This document shows, one piece after another, positions 9,896 through 19,451 of a stretch of 64,000 nucleotides of DNA. The notes beneath the pieces were generated by a model, which had not been told where the DNA came from, ran no database searches, and saw only the letters and a list, made by a program, of their open reading frames with translations. The stretch lies in IMG/VR virus record IMGVR_UViG_3300045988_107309, one strand, 5' to 3'. Source of the stretch: a virus. Each line of letters begins with the position of its first letter. The first letter of the stretch is position 1. The translations under genes were made by a program, and so were the position numbers.

Positions 9896-10444
9896 ATGTC
9901 CACAACGTATGCAGGATTTTATAAGGGTATTGTCAGTAATACCAATGACCCAGAAAAGAGGGGTAGAATAAAATGTTTGATACCAGATGTTCTTGGTGAT
10001 AAAATAGAAAGTGCATGGTGTGAGCCTTGTGTTCCAGTAGCTTATGACACAGGTGGAGATTTCTGTCTCCCTCAACCAAAAGAAACAATTTGGATTGCCT
10101 TTGAAAAAGGAGACCCAAATTTTCCTGTGTATTTAGGTAATTGGTGGCAGAAAGAGACCACTCCTTTAGGAAAGAGTTATGGTTCTTCTAAAGACAAGGT
10201 TAGAATTATCAACTATGCAGACTGCACTATCACTATGAAAGATGGTGAGATTGTAATAAATGTTGGAGCAGGAGTTAGTGATTTAAAGATTGTTCATAAT
10301 CAAGTAACCATTGATGGTGCTTTAGTAGTGAATGGAAATATCTCCTGTTACAATCTTAGTGCAGGAAATGTCGGTGCTTATGTCGGTAAGAATGGTGGAG
10401 GTATTGTTCATGCAGATGTAAGAGTTGACGCACCTAATGTATAA
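9896..10444 (+). CDS. baseplate central spike (gpV / gp5-VgrG OB-fold-like)
   Basis: GIVSNTNDPEKRGRIKCLIPDVLGD..SAWCEPCVP is typical of the gpV/gp5 N-terminal domain. Confidence 0.75.
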   Translation: MSTTYAGFYKGIVSNTNDPEKRGRIKCLIPDVLGDKIESAWCEPCVPVAYDTGGDFCLPQPKETIWIAFEKGDPNFPVYLGNWWQKETTPLGKSYGSSKDKVRIINYADCTITMKDGEIVINVGAGVSDLKIVHNQVTIDGALVVNGNISCYNLSAGNVGAYVGKNGGGIVHADVRVDAPNV

Positions 10445-10458
10445 AGGAGGAATCAGTT

Positions 10459-10869
10459 ATGCCTACAAGTGGTTTTAGAGGTATCAGTTATCCTTTCAGA
10501 ATTGGACCTCAAGGTGGTGTAGTAATGTCAACCACAAGTGCTACAGACCCAACACATATTGTGGAAAGTCTGAGACAGATATTTGGAACTCATTACTTAC
10601 AGAGAGTAATGGAAGCTGAAATCTATTCAGAACTTATCAATGTGGTGTTTGAACCGAATGATGAAACACTGCAAGCAATAGCAAAGACAAGAATCATGGA
10701 CGCTATTGAAAGACTTGAGGATAGAGTAGAGTCTTCTGAGGACAATATTCAATTCACAGTAGAAACAACAGACAGAGGTAGCTTTCTCTTTGCTACCATA
10801 ACTTTTAAAATTATCAAGTATGAGACTTGGTACACAGCAAAATTTGAGGTAGGTGAGGTAAATGAGTAG
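10459..10869 (+). CDS. baseplate wedge protein (gpW/gp25-like)
   Basis: 136 aa. Size, position and the N-terminal GISYPFRIGPQGG motif fit gpW/gp25. Confidence 0.7.
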   Translation: MPTSGFRGISYPFRIGPQGGVVMSTTSATDPTHIVESLRQIFGTHYLQRVMEAEIYSELINVVFEPNDETLQAIAKTRIMDAIERLEDRVESSEDNIQFTVETTDRGSFLFATITFKIIKYETWYTAKFEVGEVNE

Positions 10870-12340
10870 AAAACCAACACAAGGTATTGATTACACAAGT
10901 AGAGACTATGAAGCATACAGAACCCTTTTAATACAGGAGTTACAGAAACGTATGCCGGAGTACACTGATACAAGCCAGACTGACGCAGGTATTGTCATTA
11001 TTGAGTGCCTTGCTAACGGTCTGGATATTTGTAGTTTATACAGTGATGTGATTGCAAATGACTGTTTCTTGCCTACCACACAGGATAGAAGAATTGCGGT
11101 GTTGTTAGCAAGACAGTTAAGGTATATCGCAAAGAATCAAACAGCCAGTGTTATCCAACAGGTATTTGTTTTAGGTAATGTGATGGACAGAGACATTATC
11201 ATTCCTAAAGGTAGTGTTGTTCACACAGCCGAAAGCACTGATATGGTTATTGTTTATTTTGAGACTACAGATGACCTTATCATTCCTGCCGGAGAACTTG
11301 GTGATGAAAAGACAGAAGACGGTGAGTATAAGTATATGATTACTGTACAGCAAGGAACTTCTGTCAATGAAGACCTTTTAGGTACTTCAAACGGTCAACC
11401 TTATCAGTCCTTTAAACTGAATTATCAAGAGGTGCTTACAGACTCTATTCAGTTGATGATTGATGAAGGTAATGGATTTGAGTTGTGGACTCAAGTGAAC
11501 ACCTTTATTGACAGTGATGAAACAAGTAAACACTACACTGTGATAGTGGACGAATTTGATAACTGCTATGTTGAGTTTGGTAGTGGTGCAAGGGGTAAAA
11601 TTCCTGCTATCTTTGACAATGGTATTATTGCTTCATATAGAACTGGTGGAGGAACTATTGGTAACGTGAAAGCAAACACTATCATTGAACTGTCAGAGAG
11701 TGTAGCTTATGTGGAGAAGACTTTTAACCCTTATCCACCTTTAGTACTCGGTCACGAAAAAGAAAGTATTGAGGAGATTAGAGAAAATGCTCCTGCCGCT
11801 TTTAGGACTCAAGACAGAGCAATCACAGCACAGGACTATGCAGACCTTTTAAGAATCAATTTCTATGAGGTGTTGTCTGCTAAAGGTGTTCCAGATGAAA
11901 CCACAAAACTGAAAATGAATGTGTTCTATCTTATGAGACAAGATTATGAAATGACGGAGGAACTTCTGGAAAAGATTGCAGTGTTCTTTGACTCAAGAAT
12001 TATTCCGGGAACTTCTTATCAGTTTAAAGACCATGAGGAGTACAAAGTTAATCTTACTGCTAACCTTATCATTGATGATGACTATGACAAGGCTACTATT
12101 ACAGACTATGTGGAAGACTATGTGAAGAACACTTTCTTTGCTTATGGAAACATGAAGTTTGACACTAAGTTTGCAAAGTCTGAATTGGAGAGTCAAGTGA
12201 GAGAAACTTTTGCCGGAGTTGAGTCCTTTAGAATAATCTCCCCGGACAGTGATATAATCTCCCCGGATAGTGAAAGTAAGATTATCACTTTAGGAACACT
12301 CACATTAAATGTAACAGGTGGTAAAGTGAAGGAGGTGTAG
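10862..12340 (+). CDS. baseplate wedge protein (gpJ/gp6-like)
   Basis: 492 aa. It directly follows, and overlaps, the gp25-like gene. The N-terminus GIDYTSRDYEAYRTLLIQEL is typical of Baseplate_J proteins. Confidence 0.8.
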   Translation: MSRKPTQGIDYTSRDYEAYRTLLIQELQKRMPEYTDTSQTDAGIVIIECLANGLDICSLYSDVIANDCFLPTTQDRRIAVLLARQLRYIAKNQTASVIQQVFVLGNVMDRDIIIPKGSVVHTAESTDMVIVYFETTDDLIIPAGELGDEKTEDGEYKYMITVQQGTSVNEDLLGTSNGQPYQSFKLNYQEVLTDSIQLMIDEGNGFELWTQVNTFIDSDETSKHYTVIVDEFDNCYVEFGSGARGKIPAIFDNGIIASYRTGGGTIGNVKANTIIELSESVAYVEKTFNPYPPLVLGHEKESIEEIRENAPAAFRTQDRAITAQDYADLLRINFYEVLSAKGVPDETTKLKMNVFYLMRQDYEMTEELLEKIAVFFDSRIIPGTSYQFKDHEEYKVNLTANLIIDDDYDKATITDYVEDYVKNTFFAYGNMKFDTKFAKSELESQVRETFAGVESFRIISPDSDIISPDSESKIITLGTLTLNVTGGKVKEV

Positions 12341-12343
12341 TAT

Positions 12344-13969
12344 ATGTCAAAAGTAATGGACAGCAAAACATTCAGTGGAAAATTATATAATACACTTCCT
12401 GTTATGTACCACAATGCTGACAGTATGGTTGACTATGCCCTCAAGAGATATTTACAGGTGTTATCTGACGGAGGATATTCCTTTGTAGTAGATGAACTGA
12501 ATGGTATCTTAAATCTGAATGACCCAGAGAGAACTCCGTCCGAAGTGTTAGGTATTCTCTTTGAGCAGTATGGTTTACCTCTGTTCAATGGTATTCCAGA
12601 AGTATATCTGAGAAAGTTACTTCCTATCCTCGGAGACCTGTATGCCAGAAAAGGTGCTACTACAGTTATTGAATACCTTACTTCTATTATTTCTGATGTA
12701 AAAACGGATATTGTGATTAGTCCAGATTTTTTGAATGACTATCACATTGACCTTAAACTGGAAATGGACTACGACCAGACAGGTGCAAGAGACTTACCAG
12801 ATAGAGAACAACTCCTTAGAATTATTAAGGAGTTTTTGCCGTTCTTTATTGAGGTTACTATTGTCTTTGTGTATATGTTCTATGAGTCAGCAAAACTTCA
12901 AGGGAGAGAGAGTTTTGAGGACTATGTTACAGAAGTGAGAAGTGAGCATAGCAGACTTCTTAGTGGTAATAAAGAAGGACTGTTCCCCACTCTCAATAAC
13001 TTTGATTTAGGACTTAACAAAAGTATTTATCTGAATGAGTCTTATTACTATGATGTAGAGGTAGACTGGTTTAAAGACCACATTCTTACACACATTCTTG
13101 AGACTGGAACTCTTAACAGAAGCAAGTCTTGTGAGTACTACACTGGAACTTTAAACAATCCGGTGAAAGTGTTGAACCAGAGTGTTATTCTGAATGAGTG
13201 TATGGATTCTGATGAACTGGTTTCCACTGACATTGTAATTAAGCCACAGTTGGATAAGGTTAATCTCAAGCCTATAGAGTTTGCAGAGAATACCATGACC
13301 GAAATTTTGGAGGAAGAGACTGGTGTTCCGTCTGTAGGTATTCCAGATGAATATAATGCCCGATTTAAGATAGGTGCTACATTTGGTACAGCAGTATTTG
13401 GTAATGATGACTTCATTGTAGAAGTTGAAGAGTATATGGATAAGGTCACTTTCATTCAAAGTGATTCCGCAACTCTTAAACATGACTCTTCTACAGGACT
13501 CTTTAAGGGTGTTCTTAACAATTACACTATCCGAATGAATGATAACCTGTACACTAATGAGGGTGTTGATACTGATGATGTGGTTGACAGAGTAAGTCTT
13601 AGTGATGTTGCTGAACTTGGTGCTACAGAGAAGAAGACACTGTACATGGTTCTCAATCCATTCAGTTATTATGCTACACTCAACACTGGTTTTCTTCTCA
13701 ATAAAGACCTCATTACAAATGAGAGTCATACTGATATTGGTGAAGTAGTCTGTGCGGAGAATTTTGAAGATGTTCCAATGGACTCCTATTCTGACACAGA
13801 GACTTTCAGTTCCAGTGAGAAAGATGAAGAAATCATGGCATTTACTAATTTAGGTGTCTGTGCTTTAAATCACATGATATTGAATAGTATTCCGGCTTAT
13901 GATAAAATCATTGTGGGTGGAAAAGAAACAGTAGTGTACCCAACACAATACGGTTGTATATCAACATAA
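12344..13969 (+). CDS. baseplate/tail protein (gpI-like N-terminus)
   Basis: 541 aa. LYNTLPVMYH...LRKLLPILGDLYARKGAT resembles the P2 gpI family, and the gene follows the gpJ-like gene. Confidence 0.5.
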   Translation: MSKVMDSKTFSGKLYNTLPVMYHNADSMVDYALKRYLQVLSDGGYSFVVDELNGILNLNDPERTPSEVLGILFEQYGLPLFNGIPEVYLRKLLPILGDLYARKGATTVIEYLTSIISDVKTDIVISPDFLNDYHIDLKLEMDYDQTGARDLPDREQLLRIIKEFLPFFIEVTIVFVYMFYESAKLQGRESFEDYVTEVRSEHSRLLSGNKEGLFPTLNNFDLGLNKSIYLNESYYYDVEVDWFKDHILTHILETGTLNRSKSCEYYTGTLNNPVKVLNQSVILNECMDSDELVSTDIVIKPQLDKVNLKPIEFAENTMTEILEEETGVPSVGIPDEYNARFKIGATFGTAVFGNDDFIVEVEEYMDKVTFIQSDSATLKHDSSTGLFKGVLNNYTIRMNDNLYTNEGVDTDDVVDRVSLSDVAELGATEKKTLYMVLNPFSYYATLNTGFLLNKDLITNESHTDIGEVVCAENFEDVPMDSYSDTETFSSSEKDEEIMAFTNLGVCALNHMILNSIPAYDKIIVGGKETVVYPTQYGCIST

Positions 13970-13984
13970 AGGAGGTAAAAGTAA

Positions 13985-14866
13985 ATGGCTTATAAGAGAA
14001 TAGTAACACAAGACGGTGTTACAGTAATGAATAAAGACCTGTATGACAATCTGCAAGATGGTATTGATGAATCTAAACAGGCAGTGCAAGACCTTGAAGA
14101 CAGTGTAGAGGAAAGTTTTAAAGAAGTAGACACTAAGTTGCAAGATTCTGGTGGTATAAAGTTTGATGGTGAAAGAGATATGATTATGATTAAGAATCCT
14201 TTCACTGGTGAATGGATTGACTGGCAAAGTTCTGGGAAGATTATACTCCCTTCAACTATTACCATTACTACAAATACTCTGGGTGGTAAACAAGTGACTT
14301 GTTTAATAGGAGGTAAAACTTATACCTCAGAGTTCTCTATCATTAGTGGTACTCAAGGTGTTGCAGTGTTTACTGTCTACGAAGATGGTGAAGCAGTGAT
14401 TACCTGTGAAAGCTATACTACTTCTGTCACTATACAGGAAAAAGGTGGAGGAACTTATTCTTTAAATTTAGAAGAAGTAACAGAACTTTTATTGTGGGAT
14501 GGAGAAAATTTTCATAATGGTGCTGAATGGTATAATGGACCAATATGGGGAATAAGATTGGAAACTAATGATTTGCAAAATAAGAAATTTATTATTCAGA
14601 CTGGTTCTTCTACAATATCCAATGTTAATTTTGAGTTATTTTTATATAAAGGACCTAATGGATTTATTACTTATTTTGCAGAAGGAAAATATAGCACCTC
14701 TGAAATAACTAATGTTCAAGTATGGTCTAATACAAGATATGAAATATCCATAGAGAAGTGTGTTGAACTTAAAGGAGTAACATCTGATGGTTTAACCTCA
14801 TTCTTATTGGGAATGACAGATGAAGTTGACCTTAGAAGGTATGTTACATCTGTTTCGTTAGTGTAA
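13985..14866 (+). CDS. putative tail fibre / distal tail protein
   Basis: 293 aa with a coiled-coil N-terminus and a beta-rich C-terminus. Called by position only. Confidence 0.4.
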   Translation: MAYKRIVTQDGVTVMNKDLYDNLQDGIDESKQAVQDLEDSVEESFKEVDTKLQDSGGIKFDGERDMIMIKNPFTGEWIDWQSSGKIILPSTITITTNTLGGKQVTCLIGGKTYTSEFSIISGTQGVAVFTVYEDGEAVITCESYTTSVTIQEKGGGTYSLNLEEVTELLLWDGENFHNGAEWYNGPIWGIRLETNDLQNKKFIIQTGSSTISNVNFELFLYKGPNGFITYFAEGKYSTSEITNVQVWSNTRYEISIEKCVELKGVTSDGLTSFLLGMTDEVDLRRYVTSVSLV

Positions 14867-14960
14867 AGTTTACAGTTGCTAAAAGCAAGAAAAGATGGTA
14901 TTCTTAATGGAAGAGTATCATCTTTTCAAACTCTAAAATATAAACAGGAGGTAATACAAA

Positions 14961-15542
14961 ATGAAAGAAAACGCAAAAGTCTATCAAAAGGACTCTGAGA
15001 ACCTTGTCTTGAATATGGGTAGTGAGTGTCTTTCTGATGTTCACATGACTGGTGAAATCATTGACACAATCCATTACAAAGACGGTAGAGTAGAGAAGAG
15101 AGTTGGACACAACCTTGTAGTCAACAACTTCTTGAAACTGGTAATGAGTCTTTTAAAGGGCGAAACTGGTTACAAAGGTATTCAGTACTGGGCTGTTGGT
15201 AGTGGTGCTTCAAGTTGGGATAACAGTATGCCGAGTCCTACTATTGATTCCACAAAACTGACTGCTGAGTTAGGAAGAGTGGCAATCACAGCAGGTGAGA
15301 TTAAATTCCTCACACCAGAGTATGAGGTGTCCAGTGTTCCGACAAATATCATTCAGATTACACACACTTTCGGTCCGTCTGATTGTAATGGTGTGTGGAG
15401 AGAGTTTGGTATCTTCGGTGGTAATGCTACTGCTACAAAAGATTCCGGTCTGATGATTAACAAACGTCACCATGCAATTATCACTAAGACCGAGGAAATG
15501 ACGATTGAGCGTGTAATGCGTTTCACTCTGAATTTAGTATAA
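14961..15542 (+). CDS. putative fibre-associated structural protein
   Basis: 193-aa ORF with a ribosome-binding site, directly upstream of the DGR target gene. No diagnostic motif. Confidence 0.4.
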   Translation: MKENAKVYQKDSENLVLNMGSECLSDVHMTGEIIDTIHYKDGRVEKRVGHNLVVNNFLKLVMSLLKGETGYKGIQYWAVGSGASSWDNSMPSPTIDSTKLTAELGRVAITAGEIKFLTPEYEVSSVPTNIIQITHTFGPSDCNGVWREFGIFGGNATATKDSGLMINKRHHAIITKTEEMTIERVMRFTLNLV

Positions 15543-15561
15543 TTAAAGGAGGAAATATAGA

Positions 15562-17454
15562 ATGGCAAGTTTTGATAAGTATTCAAACTACAAAGACAAT
15601 GCCGGAGTGTCTGGTGTTGTTTTTGGTGCTGAAAAACCTATCCTTGAAGTAGAAATGAATGAGGTGCAGGAAGTTCAGAAGAGTATGCTCCGCAAAGCCA
15701 TTAAGAATCTTATGGGTGATGGTATCACTGACCTCAGTAAGATTGTGTATGAGGGTGGAGCAGTAAAAGTAAAAGAGGGTTGTGCTTTAGCAGTTGATGG
15801 TTACATGATTGAAAGCACTGGACTCTCTCTTACAGCTTCAAGCGGAACTGTTTATCTTCAAGTGTGGGAAGAGACAGCTACTTACAGTGACACACTGAAA
15901 GAGGAAGGAAATCAGCAGGATAGTGTTACTGTAGCAAACTGGTTTAAAGACAATCGTTCTGACGCAGAGACTTCCAGACGTAAGGTTGTTAAATACAATC
16001 TGGCTTCTTCTACAGACAGTAATAAACATAATCTGGCTATTGCAAGTGTAGCTGATGGTGTTATGACAAGACTGTGTAAGGAGATTAGCTTTAGCAGTCT
16101 TTCCAGTCAAGTGATTGACCTTAGAGTACAGATGGGTACTTACGGTGAGGGTGTTCTGGGTGTTGAAGTAGACCTTGAGAATAACTCTGTTGTAAGAACA
16201 GGTGACAATCAGTACTGGTCTCCGGGAGCAGATTATGACAACTCTCCTATCTATGGTGGTAGAAAAAGATGTGTTGTAAAAGATGACGGAACGATTGTAG
16301 CTTTCTATGGTGAAGAGGGTTACACAGAGACAGGTGCTTTGACTGTAGCAGTAGGAGAAAATGTAGTAGGTACTAAAGTACAGTGTATGGTTATGCAACC
16401 TGCTTTCTACTACAAGAGAATCCCTCTCAAACTTGAGAAACAGGTTGATGACACCTATCAAGTTAAAGGCTATCACATGACTAAGTGGGTTGACCTTATC
16501 AGTCCTGTAAGCAGAGACGGATTTAGTCTTCACCCGGCATTTAAGAAAGGTGACACAGAGATTGCTTACTATCTGATTGGAGAGAATGATGGCTGTCTTG
16601 AGAACTCAAGCGGTTATGATATGAATGACAACACTGTTACTCTTGGTTCTTCTCCTTACAGTGGTATTAAGATGGCTTCTATTGCAGGTGCTAAACCTGC
16701 CAGTGGTGCTTCTGCCGGAAGTACTAAGAACAACAGTCTTACAAGAGACGCAGTAAGAAAAGTGTGTGCAAACAGAGGAACAGGTTGGCAACAGCTTGAC
16801 TTCACTATTGCAAGTGCAGAGCAGATGTTATTCGTGGTAGAGTATTCTACTTTTAACATTCAAGCTATCACTACTTTCGGCAGTGGTGTTACAGATATGC
16901 CTTATGTAACTAATGTAAATGACTCCATTCCTAACCCGACTAACACAGCACTGGGTAATGGAAGTGGTAAGATTGAAGTTACTTACACACACTCCAATGG
17001 AACAGAGTACACAAAGTATGTTCCTGTTTACAGAGGTGTTAAGAATCCTTTCGGTAACATCTGGAAGTTTGTTGATGGTTTCCTTAGAAAACATTCTGCC
17101 GGAACTGATAAGAACGAAGCATTTTGGCAGGACGGAAGTAAAGCCTTTTCTGACGCTATTGCAGACTATATTGCCTGTGGATTTAGCTGTGCTACAGCAG
17201 AGGGTTATGTTAAAGCATTTGGTTATGATGAAAATTGTGACTGGTGCTATATGACCTCTTTAACAGGTGGAGACAGTAGCAAACCTGTAGGTGATTACTA
17301 TTGGGTTAATATGAGTAGTAATAACCTCTATATTGCCCTATTGGGTGCGTATTGGGATAATGGTGCGCAGGCTGGGTTGTTCTATTGGACTCTGCATGAT
17401 GTGGCTTCTTATCGTGATTGTATTATCGGCGGCCGCTTGTGCAGAAAAGCGTAA
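15562..17454 (+). CDS. DGR target protein: tail fibre / receptor-binding protein with C-terminal variable region
   Basis: 630 aa. The last ~35 codons match the downstream TR except at TR adenines. The C-terminus ..YWDNGAQAGLFYWT..GGRLCRKA looks like a C-type-lectin (CLec/FGE) fold. Confidence 0.85.
   Translation: MASFDKYSNYKDNAGVSGVVFGAEKPILEVEMNEVQEVQKSMLRKAIKNLMGDGITDLSKIVYEGGAVKVKEGCALAVDGYMIESTGLSLTASSGTVYLQVWEETATYSDTLKEEGNQQDSVTVANWFKDNRSDAETSRRKVVKYNLASSTDSNKHNLAIASVADGVMTRLCKEISFSSLSSQVIDLRVQMGTYGEGVLGVEVDLENNSVVRTGDNQYWSPGADYDNSPIYGGRKRCVVKDDGTIVAFYGEEGYTETGALTVAVGENVVGTKVQCMVMQPAFYYKRIPLKLEKQVDDTYQVKGYHMTKWVDLISPVSRDGFSLHPAFKKGDTEIAYYLIGENDGCLENSSGYDMNDNTVTLGSSPYSGIKMASIAGAKPASGASAGSTKNNSLTRDAVRKVCANRGTGWQQLDFTIASAEQMLFVVEYSTFNIQAITTFGSGVTDMPYVTNVNDSIPNPTNTALGNGSGKIEVTYTHSNGTEYTKYVPVYRGVKNPFGNIWKFVDGFLRKHSAGTDKNEAFWQDGSKAFSDAIADYIACGFSCATAEGYVKAFGYDENCDWCYMTSLTGGDSSKPVGDYYWVNMSSNNLYIALLGAYWDNGAQAGLFYWTLHDVASYRDCIIGGRLCRKA
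17335..17438 (+). repeat. DGR variable region (VR)
   Basis: 104 nt align without gaps to 17671..17774. There are 18 mismatches, 17 of them at TR adenines. Confidence 0.85.
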
Positions 17455-17630
17455 TCACTAAAAATATTGAAGAAAGGAGAAGCTATTCTTCTTTACAAAA
17501 CACTTCATAAAGGTTATAATGTAGTCGGTGAATGTAACGAAACACTACACCACCAAAACAGGTAAAGATTTGGGTTATAAGCGGTCAAGACATTACACAG
17601 ATATTCTCTTGCCACCAACAGTACACATGG

Positions 17631-17669
17631 AATACTTGGACACTCAGTAATTTGGGTGTTCCAAGTATT
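17631..17669 (+). other. 10-bp perfect inverted repeat abutting the 5' edge of the TR
   Basis: aatacttgga (17631-40) and tccaagtatt (17660-69) are perfect complements with a 19-nt loop. Confidence 0.6.
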
Positions 17670-17670
17670 T

Positions 17671-17774
17671 ACCCTATTGGGTACGAATTGGAATAATGGT
17701 ACGAATACTGAGTTGTTCTATTGGAATCTGAATAATGTGGCTTCTAATCGTAATTGTAATATCAGCGACCACTT
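17671..17774 (+). repeat. DGR template region (TR)
   Basis: Non-coding copy of the VR. It carries 31 adenines and, read in the VR frame, 10 AAT codons. It lies 229 nt upstream of the reverse-transcriptase ATG. Confidence 0.85.
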
Positions 17775-18003
17775 CACGGCACTGTACTCAGTTTCGGAAG
17801 TGTTTACTTTTGAAATAAATTAAAATCCGTGTAACTTCTTTACCTTACCTCTCTAACGTGGGTTAGGTCATTAGTGTTAAATGACACAAGTATGATGGTA
17901 GAACATATAGTGTTTCACGACAGCAATAAGTCTTGTTGGTAGCTGATGAAAGATTGTACACCTTTATAAGCGTTTGAAGATTAGACTTTGGAGTACATGG
18001 AAA

Positions 18004-19155
18004 ATGAAGCGTCACCTGTACCCTTTAGACCCTGTGACTGGGAAAGAAGATAGGACGCTTACAATATGGGAGAGAATTTGTTCCATAGAAAACTTGAGAC
18101 TTGCACACAAAAATGCGAGTAAAGGTAAACATTGGTACAAAGAGGTTCGTGACTTTGATAAAGACCCAGAGAAGTACTTGAAACAGATACAGGATATGTT
18201 AGTGTCAAGGACTTACTCACCACTTCCTTATGAGAGATTCACAAGAAAAGAACGTGGTAAAGAAAGAGTTATCTACAAGTCACGATACTTCCCAGAAAGA
18301 GTTATACAGTGGGCTGTCTTACAGGTTATATCTCCTATCCTCTTGAGACAACTTATCTATGACACATACTCGGCAATTCCAGATAGAGGTATTCATCTGG
18401 CATTTAAAAGAGTTAGGAGTGATATACAGAGTGATGTTGAAGGAACGAAGTACTGTTTAAAGATGGACGTTAAGAAATTCTATCCGTCAATAGACAGAGA
18501 AATTCTTCTGAATGATTATCACAGGATATTTAAAGATGAAGGACTACTGTGGTATCTCGATTTAAACATTACAAAGTCTCCCGATACTGGTATTCCGATT
18601 GGTAACTACTTATCACAATTCAGTGGCAACTTTTATTTATCACCTTTCGACCACTGGATAAAAGAAGTTAAGGGTGTGAAGTACTATTACAGATATATGG
18701 ACGATATTGTTATCCTCCATTCCTCAAAAGAGTACTTGCAAGAACTAAAATGGGAGATTATAAAATACATGAGGGAAGAAAGACACCTTACAATCAAGGA
18801 CAATTATCAAGTATTCCCTGTAGCAAAAAGAGGAGTAGATTTTGTCGGGTACAGAGTGTTCCCGGATTTTGTGTTATTAAGAGCGTCTACTGCTAAGAAC
18901 ATGAAGTCAAAGATGGCTAAGATTCTCAGAAAAGTAGAAAGCGGAACAGAAATGTCTTACTCTGATTATTGTTGTATCAATTCTTATAAAGGTTGGCTGT
19001 CATATTGCAATAGTTACAGATTGTACACTAAGTACTTTAAACCTTTAGAGAAACCTGTGGAGGAGTATTACAATAAACACTTAAAGAATGGAGGAAAGAA
19101 AGCCAATGAAAACAATGGAAAATGTTCAGTCAACAGTAAAACCAAAGGAAGTTGA
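18004..19155 (+). CDS. DGR reverse transcriptase
   Basis: YRYMDDIVIL (YxDD box), IGNYLSQFSGNFYL (a DGR-clade motif) and an adjacent TR/VR pair. The track ORF starts at 17974; the first ATG is at 18004. Confidence 0.9.
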   Translation: MKRHLYPLDPVTGKEDRTLTIWERICSIENLRLAHKNASKGKHWYKEVRDFDKDPEKYLKQIQDMLVSRTYSPLPYERFTRKERGKERVIYKSRYFPERVIQWAVLQVISPILLRQLIYDTYSAIPDRGIHLAFKRVRSDIQSDVEGTKYCLKMDVKKFYPSIDREILLNDYHRIFKDEGLLWYLDLNITKSPDTGIPIGNYLSQFSGNFYLSPFDHWIKEVKGVKYYYRYMDDIVILHSSKEYLQELKWEIIKYMREERHLTIKDNYQVFPVAKRGVDFVGYRVFPDFVLLRASTAKNMKSKMAKILRKVESGTEMSYSDYCCINSYKGWLSYCNSYRLYTKYFKPLEKPVEEYYNKHLKNGGKKANENNGKCSVNSKTKGS

Positions 19156-19399
19156 GTATGATGGCAACCATGTGTATGTGAATACCAACGTCAAAGAAGT
19201 TCCAGAGAGTGAAAGAGTGGCTGAAAAAGAGCAGTTGGAAGACGGTCAAGAATTAGTTCCTCTGTACTCTTACACTGTGCAGGAGTATGAGAAAGACGAG
19301 TTTTTAACCGCACTATCCGCAGGGCAGGTTACTCTTAATGAGAGAGCAACTGCTATGGAGGATATGATTTTGGAAATGAGTGAGGTTGTCTATGCTTAG
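19106..19399 (+). CDS. hypothetical acidic protein overlapping the 3' end of the RT gene
   Basis: ORF 19088..19399. The ATG at 19106 follows a GGAGG site. The protein is acidic and has no recognised motif. Confidence 0.4.
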   Translation: MKTMENVQSTVKPKEVEYDGNHVYVNTNVKEVPESERVAEKEQLEDGQELVPLYSYTVQEYEKDEFLTALSAGQVTLNERATAMEDMILEMSEVVYA

Positions 19400-19451
19400 T
19401 GTATTAGACCGACTTCGCCTTTTCATAACTTTTGGAAAGGAGGGAGACACC

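Noticed and set aside
608-14866. The tail module as a tailocin or extracellular contractile injection system rather than a phage
   Set aside because: The gp19-type tube and the baseplate order resemble such systems. However, the same strand carries holin and endolysin genes, a full replication module and DNA-modification genes, which fits a complete phage. Head and terminase genes presumably lie outside the window.
15838-16533. Long minus-strand ORFs, for example 15838..16533 (231 aa), 4985..5647 (220 aa), 6428..6955 (175 aa), 13151..13729 (192 aa) and 1346..1846
   Set aside because: All lie entirely inside well-supported plus-strand genes. They lack ribosome-binding sites and have odd, Cys/Ser/Thr/Ile-rich low-complexity composition. 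They look like antisense artefacts of codon bias.
17455-17973. tRNA or tmRNA genes in the larger non-coding gaps (17.5-18.0, 22.4, 51.9-52.3, 57.1-57.4, 58.4-59.0 and 59.9-60.8 kb)
   Set aside because: I found no GTTCRANYC T-loop or acceptor-stem arrangement by eye. tRNAscan-SE should confirm.
17974-19155. The reverse transcriptase as a retron, group II intron or Abi-type RT
   Set aside because: An adjacent TR/VR pair with adenine-specific differences, plus the SQ-containing motif, fits a DGR. I saw no maturase/X domain, no group II 5' GUGYG boundary, no domain V-like sequence and no retron-type inverted-repeat msr/msd arrangement.
19088-19399. The ORF overlapping the RT 3' end as the missing DGR accessory protein Avd
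   Set aside because: The protein is strongly acidic and shows no sign of the basic four-helix-bundle pattern of Avd. I cannot support the assignment from sequence.
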